From assembly GCA_965262555.1 (NCBI GenBank), contig OZ253543.1:4129010-4193009 (forward strand): a stretch of 64,000 nt of DNA, given 5' to 3'. Numbering within the stretch: the stretch's first letter is position 1; each line of letters begins with the position of its first letter. The stretch comes from Vicinamibacterales bacterium. GTDB lineage: Bacteria > Acidobacteriota > Vicinamibacteria > Vicinamibacterales > UBA8438. Positions 9,814-18,906 of the stretch are shown piece after piece. The notes below the pieces were generated by a model that made no database searches, was not told the origin of the DNA, and worked only from the letters and a program-made list of their open reading frames with translations. The position numbers and the translations under genes were made by a program.

Positions 9814-11160
9814 ATGATTACCGAGAGCGCCCTGATCGCTATCGCCGGCCTGGTGGCCGTCGTCGCGCTGCTCTTCCTCCTGATCGCGCGGTTCCGGTGG
9901 CACGTCTTCATTGCGCTGCTACTGCCGATCGTGCTGTTCGCGCTCATCCCGGGACTCGACCGGGAAGCGTTCATTGACGCGTTCGAGCAGGGCTTCGGCC
10001 GGACGATTCAAAGCATCGCGGTCGTCATCGTTCTCGGATCGGTCCTCGCCGAAGCGCTGAAGCACACCGGCGGGATCGAGCGGATCACCATCTCGATGAT
10101 CCGGTGGGTGGGCGAAGCCCGCATGCCGCTGGCGTTGACGCTCAGCGGCTTCGTGATCGGCCTGGCGATCTTCTCCGATGTGGGCTACGTCATCCTCAAC
10201 CCGCTCGTACATTCCGCCGCGATCAACAGCGGACTCAGTATGAGCGTGATGGCGACCGGCCTGGTCGGCGCGATGCAGCTGACGCACGCGATGGTGCCGC
10301 CCACACCCGGGCCGCTTGCCGCCGTCGCGCTGGTCGGCGCCGACATCGGCCAGGTGATTCTGTTCGGCGGGATAGTGACCCTGTTCGCGTCGCTCGCCGG
10401 CTGGGCGTACGCGTCGATTGTCGGCCCGCACATTGAATCGCCCCCGTCGCGCGAGTTCGTCGGGCAGTCATTCGTCGAGCAGGGACGCGAGGCGGAGCTG
10501 CCGACCACGTGGCGGGCCTACGCGCCCATCCTCATTCCGCTGACGCTCATCGCCGGGCAGAGCGTTGCCGCGTTCGCGTTGCCGGCCGGGCACCTCGTGA
10601 ACCGCGCGATGCTCTACCTCGGCTGGCCGGTCGTCGCGCTTGGCATCGGTGTGCTGCTCGCCTACCGCAACACGCGCGCCAATCAGCGGGCCGCGCGGAC
10701 CAGCGAGTGGATCGAGAACGCGCTCCGCACCTCCGCCATGATCATCATGGTGACCGGCCTCGGCGGCTCGCTCAGCCAGATCCTGCGCGAGACGCCCGCC
10801 GTCGACGCTATTGCTGGAGCGGTCGCCGCGACCGGCGTCCCCTCCATCTTCCTGCCGTTCGTCCTCGGCATCGCGGGCAACATGGTGACCGGATCGACGA
10901 CCGTCGGCGTCATCACCGCGGCCAGCGTGGCGGCGCCGATGATGGGCACCCTCGGCCTCAGCCCCGAGGCCACGATGCTGTCGGGCGCCGCCGGCTCGAT
11001 CATCATCAAGTACGTCAACTCCAGCTACTTCTGGGTCTGCACGTCGCTGTCGAAGATGTCGCTCAAGGCGGGGCTCCTCTCCTACGGCGGCGTCACCCTG
11101 GTGAACGGCATCGCCGCCATGGCGGCGGTTTATGTCCTCTGGGCCGCCGGCTTGATCTGA
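9814..11160 (+). CDS. GntP-family (gluconate:H+ symporter-type) permease
   Basis: Trimmed to the ATG at 9814 (MITESALIAIAGLVAVVALLFLLIARF). It is polytopic and hydrophobic throughout, with GntP-like length and N-terminus. Confidence 0.75.
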   Translation: MITESALIAIAGLVAVVALLFLLIARFRWHVFIALLLPIVLFALIPGLDREAFIDAFEQGFGRTIQSIAVVIVLGSVLAEALKHTGGIERITISMIRWVGEARMPLALTLSGFVIGLAIFSDVGYVILNPLVHSAAINSGLSMSVMATGLVGAMQLTHAMVPPTPGPLAAVALVGADIGQVILFGGIVTLFASLAGWAYASIVGPHIESPPSREFVGQSFVEQGREAELPTTWRAYAPILIPLTLIAGQSVAAFALPAGHLVNRAMLYLGWPVVALGIGVLLAYRNTRANQRAARTSEWIENALRTSAMIIMVTGLGGSLSQILRETPAVDAIAGAVAATGVPSIFLPFVLGIAGNMVTGSTTVGVITAASVAAPMMGTLGLSPEATMLSGAAGSIIIKYVNSSYFWVCTSLSKMSLKAGLLSYGGVTLVNGIAAMAAVYVLWAAGLI

Positions 11161-11231
11161 GCGCCGCTTCAGGCGATCAGTTCCGAAGGGTCGGCCGCTG
11201 CCGCGCCAGTCTCTCGCAATAGACGACTGCG

Positions 11232-12497
11232 TTAGCACGGGATCGCCCGTGCGGTGGCGAGGTCATCGTGTTCGAACGCTGACGCAAGACGGTCGATGTC
11301 ACGGCGTGTCGCGCCGAGTTGGCCGGCGGTTTCCCGCCAGGCGGCTACCGCGGTGCCGACCTCGCCAGCGATTCGGCGCGCGGCGACCGCATCCAGACCG
11401 TACGATCCAGCGGTATCCATGGCCAGGTCGAGCGACGCGGCGGGATCGTCGAAGCCAATCGACGTGGAGAGGACGCGCGGCCGGACATCGGCCGGTGTGG
11501 GGTTGAGGTCGTAGGCCGGGGAGAGACGCCACCCGAGTTGGCCTTCGTGCAGAAGGCCATGATTGCGCAGGTGGTCGTCGGTGTTCGAGATCAGCACGTT
11601 GAAGACGATGCGCCGCCACAACTGCGCCAGGTCCTGCCGCGTGCGCGCGCCATGTTGACGCAGCGCGTCCGCGATCTCCAGGTACGAGTGCGCCTCGCGG
11701 TCCGCGGCGCCCACCAGACTCATCGCGGAGAGGAACGGTATCCGCTCGCCCCCGTCGCGGTCGAAGCGCTCGACGATCAGGACCGCCTTTCCGGCGACGC
11801 TTTGGATCTGCCACGACGGCGTGTCGATACCAGCGCGTTGGGCCAGCGCCAGGGCGATCGCTTCCCAGACGACGACGTTGTGGTCGTCCTCGGTGTGCGG
11901 GAACTTGGCGCTTGCGAGCGCGCCATCCGGCATCCGGACCGCCGCCTTGGGTCGCGCGCCACCGAGTGACGACCCCGGACCGATCAGCAGGCGCAGATCC
12001 TCGTCACCCTCCCGGTCGCCGGTGACCCGTTCGGCGCTCGCGAGGAGTTGTCGCAACTCGACGAGCGGTGGAATGCGCGAGGGTGGCGGCGCGGCCAGAA
12101 ACGGCCCGTCCGGTTCCGTGGCGAAACGGAGGGCGCCCTGACGGGCTTCGTCGTCGACGGACAACAGGACGTCCGCCTCCGACAGCGTCCGGGGGGCCAG
12201 ATCGTTGCGCCGCGCACGGAGGCTCTCGGCGCGTCGCAGCAGCATGCGGCCCCAACGGTCGGGGGCCGAATCGCTCATGCCGCCAAACAGTGGAACGCCC
12301 TGGCCCGTGTGGAACGGTCCGGACGCCACCGTGAGCGGCAGCGCCGGATCGATGGCGAAGCGCTCCGGATCCTGCAACCAGCCGACGTCGTACTCGAACG
12401 TTGCGCTCTGCCGGCCACCGCGGATGCGGCACCAGAGGCGACCCACGAAGACGGGTGCGCCGTGCAGATCGACGGATACGAAGATCTCGCGCTCCAT
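11232..12497 (-). CDS. hipA: HipA-family kinase toxin
   Basis: 421 aa. The N-terminal coupling domain (VFVGRLW...FEYD..W) and the C-terminal kinase core (GGARPK, NTDDHLRNHG) are both visible. Confidence 0.85.
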   Translation of the reverse strand: MEREIFVSVDLHGAPVFVGRLWCRIRGGRQSATFEYDVGWLQDPERFAIDPALPLTVASGPFHTGQGVPLFGGMSDSAPDRWGRMLLRRAESLRARRNDLAPRTLSEADVLLSVDDEARQGALRFATEPDGPFLAAPPPSRIPPLVELRQLLASAERVTGDREGDEDLRLLIGPGSSLGGARPKAAVRMPDGALASAKFPHTEDDHNVVVWEAIALALAQRAGIDTPSWQIQSVAGKAVLIVERFDRDGGERIPFLSAMSLVGAADREAHSYLEIADALRQHGARTRQDLAQLWRRIVFNVLISNTDDHLRNHGLLHEGQLGWRLSPAYDLNPTPADVRPRVLSTSIGFDDPAASLDLAMDTAGSYGLDAVAARRIAGEVGTAVAAWRETAGQLGATRRDIDRLASAFEHDDLATARAIPC

Positions 12498-12500
12498 TGT

Positions 12501-12908
12501 CTACGTCCTGGATGACAGCCGGCCGGAGACGGGCGCACCATGGCCGGCGGTCCGACCGGCAACGGGCGCGCCGCTGCGGGGGGCCGGGCGGCGTCGACGG
12601 GCGCGAATCCGTTGGGGCAGGCGCTCCGCCTCGAGGTCCAGCCCTACCGTGTCGTGCGCGGCTTCCGCCAGCGTAGCGATCCGGTCCGACAGCCCCAGAA
12701 CGAACAGGACCGTCGCCACGGCGCCGAGCGCGACGCCCGGATCGCCCCGCTCGATCTTGTGGAGCGTGGAGCGGCTGATCAGGGCGCGCTCCGCCATCGT
12801 TGCCGTCGGGATGCGGCGGCGGCGGCGGGCGTCGCGGATGTCCGCACCGAGCTGGATCAACGCACGACGGGCCGCAAACGGTATCGACTTCCTGACAGGT
12901 ACACCCAT
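12501..12908 (-). CDS. hipB: XRE-family HTH antitoxin (HipB-like) with an Arg-rich C-terminal tail
   Basis: HTH region IPTATMAERALISRSTLHKIERGDPG. It ends 3 nt before hipA begins and has an AT-rich promoter patch upstream. Confidence 0.75.
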   Translation of the reverse strand: MGVPVRKSIPFAARRALIQLGADIRDARRRRRIPTATMAERALISRSTLHKIERGDPGVALGAVATVLFVLGLSDRIATLAEAAHDTVGLDLEAERLPQRIRARRRRPAPRSGAPVAGRTAGHGAPVSGRLSSRT

Positions 12909-13084
12909 AGTGTCTTATATATAGCACGGTAAATAGTGGAGTGATTTGTTTTATGGACACTGCATATGACTGAAAGGCACGTCGCGGCGGCGGGATATGA
13001 TACGCCTCGGCTGTACGCCCAACACCGACGGTGCGATTCCAGGGCCTGCACGGAAGACGTTCAGGCCCTTCGAGAGAGGGCGCC

Positions 13085-15064
13085 ATGCAGAGAACGACAG
13101 CCGGGCGGCGCACGCGGGCGGCGGCGATCATCGTGGCGGTGCTGGCGGCCGCCGTGGGCGCGCCGGCCGCCCAGGAGAACAGCGGCGGGATCGTCGAGTG
13201 GTCCTACGTCGGGGCCGATCAGGCGGCGTCGAAGTACTCCCCCCTCACCGACATCAACCGCTCGAACGTCGATCAGCTCGAGGTCGCCTGGACCTGGGAG
13301 CCGAACGAGTTGCCCAGCCAGGAGTTCGGCGTACGACCCGGCAGCTTCGAGGTCATGCCGTTGATGATCGACAACGTCGTCTACGTCTCGACGATGTTCG
13401 CGCGCGTCGTCGCGCTCGATGCCGAGACGGGTGACGAGTTGTGGAGGTTCGATCCCGAGTCGTGGCGACTCGGCCCGGAGGGGAGTCCACCGGGCGGCTT
13501 CAAGCACCGCGGCGTTGCCGTCTGGGGCGAGGGCGACGCGATGCGGATCTTCATCAACAGCCGCGACAAGCTGTACGCCGTCGACGCGGCTGACGGAACG
13601 CTGATTCCGACGTTCGGCGACGACGGCCGCGTCGTGCTGACCGAGGACTTTCCCAACCCGGTCACCCCCGACATGTTCGATCAGACTTCTCCCCCCGTTG
13701 TCTTCGAGGACCTGGTGATCGTCGGGGGCCGCGTGCCCGACCGCATCCAGCGTCGCTTCGACACGCCCGGCTCGGTGCAGGCGTTCGACGTCGAGACCGG
13801 GGAGCGCCGCTGGATCTTCTACACGGTGCCGCAGTCGAACGACGCGTTCGGCGCGGACACCTGGGAGAACGGATCGTGGCGCTACACCGGGCACGCGAAC
13901 GTCTGGGGCCTGATGTCGCTCGACGCAGAGCGCGGCTTGCTCTACGTCCCGACCAGCACGCCGAGCAGCGACTACTGGGGCGGCCGGCGGCTCGGCGCCA
14001 ACCTGTTCGCCGAATCGCTCGTTTGCCTCGACGCCCGGACCGGCGAGCGGGAGTGGCACTTCCAGGCGGTGCACCACGGGCTGTGGGACTACGACTTCAC
14101 GTCGGCCCCCAACCTGATGACGCTCACCGTGGACGGCCAGACGATCGACGCGGTGGCGGAGGTCTCCAAGCAGGGCTTCACGTACGTCTTCGACCGGGTG
14201 ACCGGCGAGCCGGTCTGGCCGATCGAGGAGCGTCCGGTCGACACCGAGACCGATGTGCCGGGCGAGGTGCCCTACCCAACGCAGCCGTTCCCCACGAAGC
14301 CGCCGCCGTTCGCCCGGCAGGGAGTTTCGCTCGACGACGCGAACGACCTGACGCCGGAGGTGCATCGCCTCGCGGTGGCGGAGATGCAGACCTACCGCCT
14401 GGGACCGCTGTTCACACCTCCCAGCCTGCGCGGCACGCTGCAGCGCCCGCGTGTCGACGGCGGCGCCAACTGGGGCGGCGCGGCGCTCGATCAGTCGACC
14501 AACTGGCTCTACGTCCGGACGTCGGAGGGTGTCACCTCCAACCAGGTGTGCGAGACAGACCCGAGCCTCCCGGACGTCGATGTCGCCTACACCAACAACT
14601 GCCCGCGCGGTGCCGCGGCCACCATTTTCCGTGGCCTGGACGGTTCCGCCCCGGGAGCGACCAACCCGCTCGGTCCGATCCCGCTGATCAAGCCACCCTA
14701 TGCGAAGCTGGTCGCGATCGACCTGAACGCCGGCGAAATCGCCTGGAGCGTCCCGTTCGGCGAGGGAAGCCGGGTCATGCGGTCGCACCCGCTGCTGCGC
14801 GGCGTGGACCTGCCGGAGCGCCTCGGCACCCCGGGGGCCATGGGTCCAATGGTGACCGGGGGCGGACTGGTCTTCCTCGGCGGCGGCGATCCCTACCTGT
14901 ACGCATTCGACGCCGCCACCGGCGAGGAGCTGACGCGCCACGCGACCGAGTTCCGCACAAGCGGCAACCCGATGACGTATCGCTCGCGCGCCGGGCGTCA
15001 GTTCATCCTGATCGCGACCGGCGCCGGACCCGACGCTCGCCTCGTCGCTTTCGCGCTGCCTTAA
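13085..15064 (+). CDS. PQQ-dependent (quinoprotein) dehydrogenase, periplasmic
   Basis: Trimmed to the ATG at 13085 with a signal peptide (AAAIIVAVLAAAVGAPAAQ). Eight-blade propeller-like W-motif repeats are present, and the length matches the family. Confidence 0.8.
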   Translation: MQRTTAGRRTRAAAIIVAVLAAAVGAPAAQENSGGIVEWSYVGADQAASKYSPLTDINRSNVDQLEVAWTWEPNELPSQEFGVRPGSFEVMPLMIDNVVYVSTMFARVVALDAETGDELWRFDPESWRLGPEGSPPGGFKHRGVAVWGEGDAMRIFINSRDKLYAVDAADGTLIPTFGDDGRVVLTEDFPNPVTPDMFDQTSPPVVFEDLVIVGGRVPDRIQRRFDTPGSVQAFDVETGERRWIFYTVPQSNDAFGADTWENGSWRYTGHANVWGLMSLDAERGLLYVPTSTPSSDYWGGRRLGANLFAESLVCLDARTGEREWHFQAVHHGLWDYDFTSAPNLMTLTVDGQTIDAVAEVSKQGFTYVFDRVTGEPVWPIEERPVDTETDVPGEVPYPTQPFPTKPPPFARQGVSLDDANDLTPEVHRLAVAEMQTYRLGPLFTPPSLRGTLQRPRVDGGANWGGAALDQSTNWLYVRTSEGVTSNQVCETDPSLPDVDVAYTNNCPRGAAATIFRGLDGSAPGATNPLGPIPLIKPPYAKLVAIDLNAGEIAWSVPFGEGSRVMRSHPLLRGVDLPERLGTPGAMGPMVTGGGLVFLGGGDPYLYAFDAATGEELTRHATEFRTSGNPMTYRSRAGRQFILIATGAGPDARLVAFALP

Positions 15065-15198
15065 CGCCTCAGCACATTCCGCGGCGTGCGATACAGCCGA
15101 TAAACTACTGACGGGTAATCACTTATGATTCGTCTCCGCGGACTGAGCGGGTCAGGACGTATGGCGGAATCCAGCCCAATCCCGTATACAATGGGGGA

Positions 15199-16434
15199 AT
15201 GGATGTTGTAGCCGAAACCGCCGCCACACCCCGCAGAACCAAGCGCCAAGGCCGCCATCCCGACAAGTCGCTGTCGGCCGCCTTCGTCCGTTCCGCTCCG
15301 CCAGGAAGGCACGCCGATGGGAACGGGTTGTACCTGTTCGTCCAGCCCTCCGGGACCCGAAGCTGGGTCCAGCGGCTCGTCATCCGCGGCCGGCGCCGCG
15401 AACTCGGGCTCGGCGCCGCCACGCTCGTCCCGCTCGCCAAGGCCCGCGAGCAGGCCCTCGCCAACCGCATGCTGGCCCGGTCGGGCGGCGACCCCCTGTC
15501 GGAAAAGCGCCGCGTCCAGGGGGTTCCCACCTTCACCGAAGCCGCCCAACGCGTGCTCGAACAGAAGCGCGACGGCTGGCGCGGCCGGTGGCACGCACAG
15601 AACTGGCTCCGGAGCATGGAGCGGTACGCCTTCCCCCGCATCGGCAACCGGCCCGTGTCCGAGGTCAACACCGCGGACGTGCTGGAGATCCTCACGCCGA
15701 TCTGGCACGTCAAGGCGGAGACGGCCCGCGCCGTCCGGCAGCGCATCCGGTCGGTGCTGGAGTGGGCCATCGCGTTGGACATGCGCAGCGACAACCCTTG
15801 CGACCGCGTCTTGCCGGTGCTCGGTCCGCAGAACGACATCGTGCAGCACATGCGGGCGTTGCCCCACAAGGACGTGGCGGCGGCTGTCGAGACGGTCCGG
15901 GCGTCGGCCTCGGCTGCGCCGGCGATCAAGCTGGCGTTCGAGTTTCTGGTGTTGACGGCCGCGCGGTCGGGAGAAGTCCGGCTTGCGACGTGGGCCGAGA
16001 TGGACACGGCCGGCCGTGTGTGGACGATTTCCGCTGCGCGGATGAAGGCGAAGCGCGAGCACCGGGTCCCGTTGTGCCGGCGAGCAGCGCAGATTCTCGA
16101 CGCTGCGCGGGCGCTCGGCGCCGGCGACAGTCCGCTCGTGTTCCCGATGCGGAGCGGGAGGCCGATCTCGGCGACGACGCTGCCCAAGATGCTCCAGCAC
16201 CATCAGATCGCCGCCGTGGCACACGGCTTCCGTTCGAGCTTCCGCGATTGGGCGGCCGAAGAGACGGATCACCCCCGCGAGGTCATCGAGGCGGCGCTGG
16301 CCCACGTGATCCAGAACAAGGTCGAGGCGGCCTACGCTCGGTCGGACCTGTTCGAGCGTCGTCGGCGGCTCATGAACGACTGGTCGGCCTACCTCGACGC
16401 GGAGCAAGGGCGGGCCGTCCCGTTGCCCCGGTGA
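15199..16434 (+). CDS. int: tyrosine integrase, P4-type (DUF4102 N-domain), copy 1
   Basis: N-terminus GNGLYLFVQPSGTRSWVQRLVIRGRRRELGLG. Catalytic region LTAARSGEV...HGFRSSFRDWAAE...ALAHV...AYARSDL. Confidence 0.9.
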   Translation: MDVVAETAATPRRTKRQGRHPDKSLSAAFVRSAPPGRHADGNGLYLFVQPSGTRSWVQRLVIRGRRRELGLGAATLVPLAKAREQALANRMLARSGGDPLSEKRRVQGVPTFTEAAQRVLEQKRDGWRGRWHAQNWLRSMERYAFPRIGNRPVSEVNTADVLEILTPIWHVKAETARAVRQRIRSVLEWAIALDMRSDNPCDRVLPVLGPQNDIVQHMRALPHKDVAAAVETVRASASAAPAIKLAFEFLVLTAARSGEVRLATWAEMDTAGRVWTISAARMKAKREHRVPLCRRAAQILDAARALGAGDSPLVFPMRSGRPISATTLPKMLQHHQIAAVAHGFRSSFRDWAAEETDHPREVIEAALAHVIQNKVEAAYARSDLFERRRRLMNDWSAYLDAEQGRAVPLPR

Positions 16435-16857
16435 CCGCTCACCGAGACGGCCCGGCCAACGCGGAGGCCCCGGCTCGGTCTGCCGTGGGACGTTCGCGCG
16501 GGGGCCCGTTTGTGGACGGCCGGGACGTTTCCCGTCCAGGCCGGGCCGCAAGGCCCATAACTGCTGTCTGAGCGGAGGGGCGGACGGCGTGTCACCCGAC
16601 AGGGTCGAAGCGCAGCGGAGAACGCGCACAGCGCGTTGACATGCCGTCCGTCCCGTAGCTACCCCGCCTCTCGTTGAACCCGCCGATCGGGCTCAGCCCG
16701 ACCACGTTGGCTGGCGAGCGGCAGCGACGCGAGCCGACCGGAGGCCGGCGACGGCGGGCTCCCCCCTTCCCGACTGACATGGACTCCTCCCGGCACTGCG
16801 ATGCAGCATCCTGTTGTGAGCAGTGAACGGTTCAGGACGAACCAGGAGGAGGCCGAC

Positions 16858-17886
16858 ATGGAGAGTACGACAGTGGCGGTGGATCTCGCGAAGAGCGTGT
16901 TCGAGGTGGCGGTGGCGAACGAGCGCGGTCAGATCAGCGAGCGGAAGCGGTTTGGCCGGACTTCGTTCATGCGCTTTCTGACGAAGCGCCCGCCGTGCCG
17001 GGTCGTGATGGAAGCGTGCGGCACGGCGCACTACTGGGGGCGCGTTGCCCAAGAACACGGGCACCAGGTGACGCTGTTGCCGCCCAACTACGTGCGTCCA
17101 TTCGTCCGCCGGAACAAGACAGACCGTGCCGATGCCGAGGCGCTGGTGGACGCATCGCGCGTGGAGCGGATCCCCGCCGTGCCGATCAAGCGGCCGGAGC
17201 AACAAGCCCTGGTCGCGTTGCACCGGGTCCGCGAGCAGTGGATGACGACGCGCACGGCACGCATCAATGCCCTGCGGGGGCTGCTCGGGGAGCATGGCCT
17301 GAATCTGCCGCCCGGTGCGAAGACGGCCGTGCAGGCGGTTCCAGCGCTGCTGGAGTCGGCGACGGCGTTGCCCGCCGCGATGCGGCGCGTGCTGGCCAGC
17401 GTGCACGAGGAGGTCCGGGCGCTGGAGGACCGCATCGCCGAGCTCGACCGCGAACTTCGGGAGCTGGCCGCCGCTGACCCGGTCTGCGCGCTGTTGCAGA
17501 CAGTGCCCGGTATCGGACTGCTGGGGGCGACCACCCTGGTCGGTACGGTCGGTCACATCCATGCGTTCAGCCGTGGGCGCCAGTTTGCAAGCTGGGTCGG
17601 GTTGACGCCGCGCGAATACTCGAGCGGCGGCCACCGACGACTCGGACACATCAGCAAACGCGGCGACCGCTACCTGCGGTGCATGCTGATCCACGGTGGC
17701 CGCGCGGTGGTGCTGGCCGCGGCTCGCCGGCGGCGCACCGGTCAACCGCTCTCCCGCCTTCACCGGTGGGCGCTGCAGGTGCGCGACCGGTGCCACTTCA
17801 ACCTGGCCATCGTCGCGGTGGCCAACAAGCTCGCCCGGCTGGTCTGGGCCGTCTGGACCCGCGACACCGCGTTCGTCGCCGCGTGA
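16858..17886 (+). CDS. IS110-family DEDD transposase/recombinase
   Basis: Trimmed to the ATG at 16858 after AGGAGGAGG. The N-terminus is VAVDLAKSVFEVAV...VVMEACGTAHYW. The C-terminal Transposase_20-like region is VPGIGLLGATTLVGTVG...FASWVGLTPREYSSGG. Confidence 0.9.
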   Translation: MESTTVAVDLAKSVFEVAVANERGQISERKRFGRTSFMRFLTKRPPCRVVMEACGTAHYWGRVAQEHGHQVTLLPPNYVRPFVRRNKTDRADAEALVDASRVERIPAVPIKRPEQQALVALHRVREQWMTTRTARINALRGLLGEHGLNLPPGAKTAVQAVPALLESATALPAAMRRVLASVHEEVRALEDRIAELDRELRELAAADPVCALLQTVPGIGLLGATTLVGTVGHIHAFSRGRQFASWVGLTPREYSSGGHRRLGHISKRGDRYLRCMLIHGGRAVVLAAARRRRTGQPLSRLHRWALQVRDRCHFNLAIVAVANKLARLVWAVWTRDTAFVAA

Positions 17887-18207
17887 CCGCCCCTGCCACA
17901 ACGACTGCTGAGGGTTCGAACGAATGACATGGCATCTCGAACCGACCGACACCGCACGAGGCCGTTTCCCTGCCGGCGCACGTGACGCCGATTCCCGTAG
18001 TGGCCCGCGGTGTGCGACTGTCATGGTGGCCCGGAGACGGACGTCTCCAACTCAGAGGCCGAATATAGGTCCGCAGTCGGTTCGTCCCCTCGTGTCTTCG
18101 TTCCCGTTCCCGTCAGCACGCGGCAGGTGGAAGCGCAATTCCAGCCACACGCAAGGAGGCTGCGCCTGATCTCACCCTTCCAGGATGGATAAAACCCTTG
18201 CGTAGAT
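17887..18207 (+). ncRNA. candidate bridge/seek RNA region of the IS (long non-coding right end)
   Basis: About 320 nt of non-coding DNA lies between the transposase stop and the right IR. It contains ACCCTTCCAGGATGGA (18174-18189), a 13/16 match to the insertion target CCCCTTCCCGGAGGGA. It also contains ATATAG...CAGTC (18063-18078), which matches the joined element ends (..CATATA|GACTG..). This is inferred from published IS110/IS1111 biology and I did not fold it. Confidence 0.3.
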
Positions 18208-18238
18208 GGAGGAGTCCATATAGGAGGGAAGAGTGCAG

Positions 18239-18321
18239 CCGGGAGCGACCCGCCCGGTAGGTGTGACGGAGGAACACCTATTGGGCCAGAAAACCGCAGG
18301 TTTTCTAGGGGTCGCTCCCGG
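18239..18321 (+). repeat. three-way-junction element, short form, copy A (candidate ncRNA)
   Basis: CCGGGAGCGACC...GGTCGCTCCCGG encloses hairpins CCCGGTAGGTG-TGACGGAGGAA-CACCTATTGGG and AGAAAACC-GCA-GGTTTTCT. Confidence 0.7.
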
Positions 18322-18559
18322 CTTCTTTCGCGGCCCTATCCATGACCCCGAGGACGAGGCCAGGCGCGCAGCTCAGGCCGTAGATTCAGGGATTCCACGT
18401 GCCGGCCAAGGGACCCCGGAGTGTGACTGGGGTTGTGACTCGGCCGCCGAGATGCGATCACAGGCTGGCGCGGCGCAATCAGCCACCGGACGGTCTGAGT
18501 GTCGTCCTTCCAACGGTCGTGGAGGTCCTCGAAGCGTGCGTGCACGATCGCCGCGTGCC

Positions 18560-18740
18560 GGCACGCCGACCAGTCTCAGGCAGTCACCGTCTCGCTGGCG
18601 GTGGGCGTCGGAACGAGTCTTGGAAGACCGGCCCCGCTACACGCCGAGCACCACGTTCGAGACGTTCCCGTTCCCGCCCGGCCTGACGCCGGATATCTCG
18701 GCCAGCGAGTACGCCGCCGACCCGCGTTCCGCTGTAGCCC
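18560..18740 (+). pseudogene. C-terminal fragment of a class I SAM-dependent DNA methyltransferase (YeeA/MmeI-like tail)
   Basis: One frame reads ...RWRWASERVLEDRPRYTPSTTFETFPFPPGLTPDISASEYAADPRS, a tail motif I recognise from large DNA methyltransferases. No catalytic domain lies upstream, and the fragment ends at the AT-rich patch preceding integrase 2. Confidence 0.5.
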
Positions 18741-18906
18741 TGTCCACCATATACGGAGAGCCGGTACCGTCCTGCGCCGTCCTGAATGGTCCTTAAATGA
18801 CTGAATAATAAGTTATTACTACTCATTCACGGGCTTGACGAGTGCCGCTTTCGTCCAGTACTATCCACCAGTATCCGCCATTCACTGAGGGGTATACTGG
18901 TAGGCC

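Larger units (their letters stand above)
16772..18222 (+). mobile_element. IS110-family insertion sequence, IS1111-like subgroup
   Basis: A perfect 12-bp subterminal inverted repeat: ATGGACTCCTCC at 16779-16790 and GGAGGAGTCCAT at 18208-18219. I set the boundaries by aligning the flanks to two uninterrupted paralogous sites (30603-30617 and 22531-22548). The joined flanks read CCCTTCCC|GGAGGGA. No target duplication is visible. Confidence 0.75.

Noticed and set aside
13061-14941. 626-aa minus-strand ORF
   Set aside because: It is antisense to the PQQ dehydrogenase, whose own frame carries the signal peptide and propeller repeats.
15065-15198. Search for a direct repeat of the tRNA-Ser 3' end at the left island border
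   Set aside because: I could not find a convincing match by eye. Only a weak TGGCGGAATCC similarity appears, upstream of integrases 1 and 3. The left att site therefore remains undefined, and I do not claim one.
15061-16629. 522-aa minus-strand ORF, and similar ORFs at 18823-20196 and 32687-33883
   Set aside because: All are mirror images of the three integrase genes. The integrase frames carry the catalytic R..H.R..Y motifs and the shadow frames carry none.
18239-18321. The junction elements read as tRNA-like genes, retron msr/msd, CRISPR repeats or a small peptide gene
   Set aside because: - tRNA: they are about the right size but have no cloverleaf (no T-loop, no D-arm, no CCA).
- Retron: there is no reverse transcriptase in the window.
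- CRISPR: the copies are kilobases apart, not in a spaced array, and there are no cas genes.
- Peptide: the compensatory substitutions scramble the amino acids in every frame.
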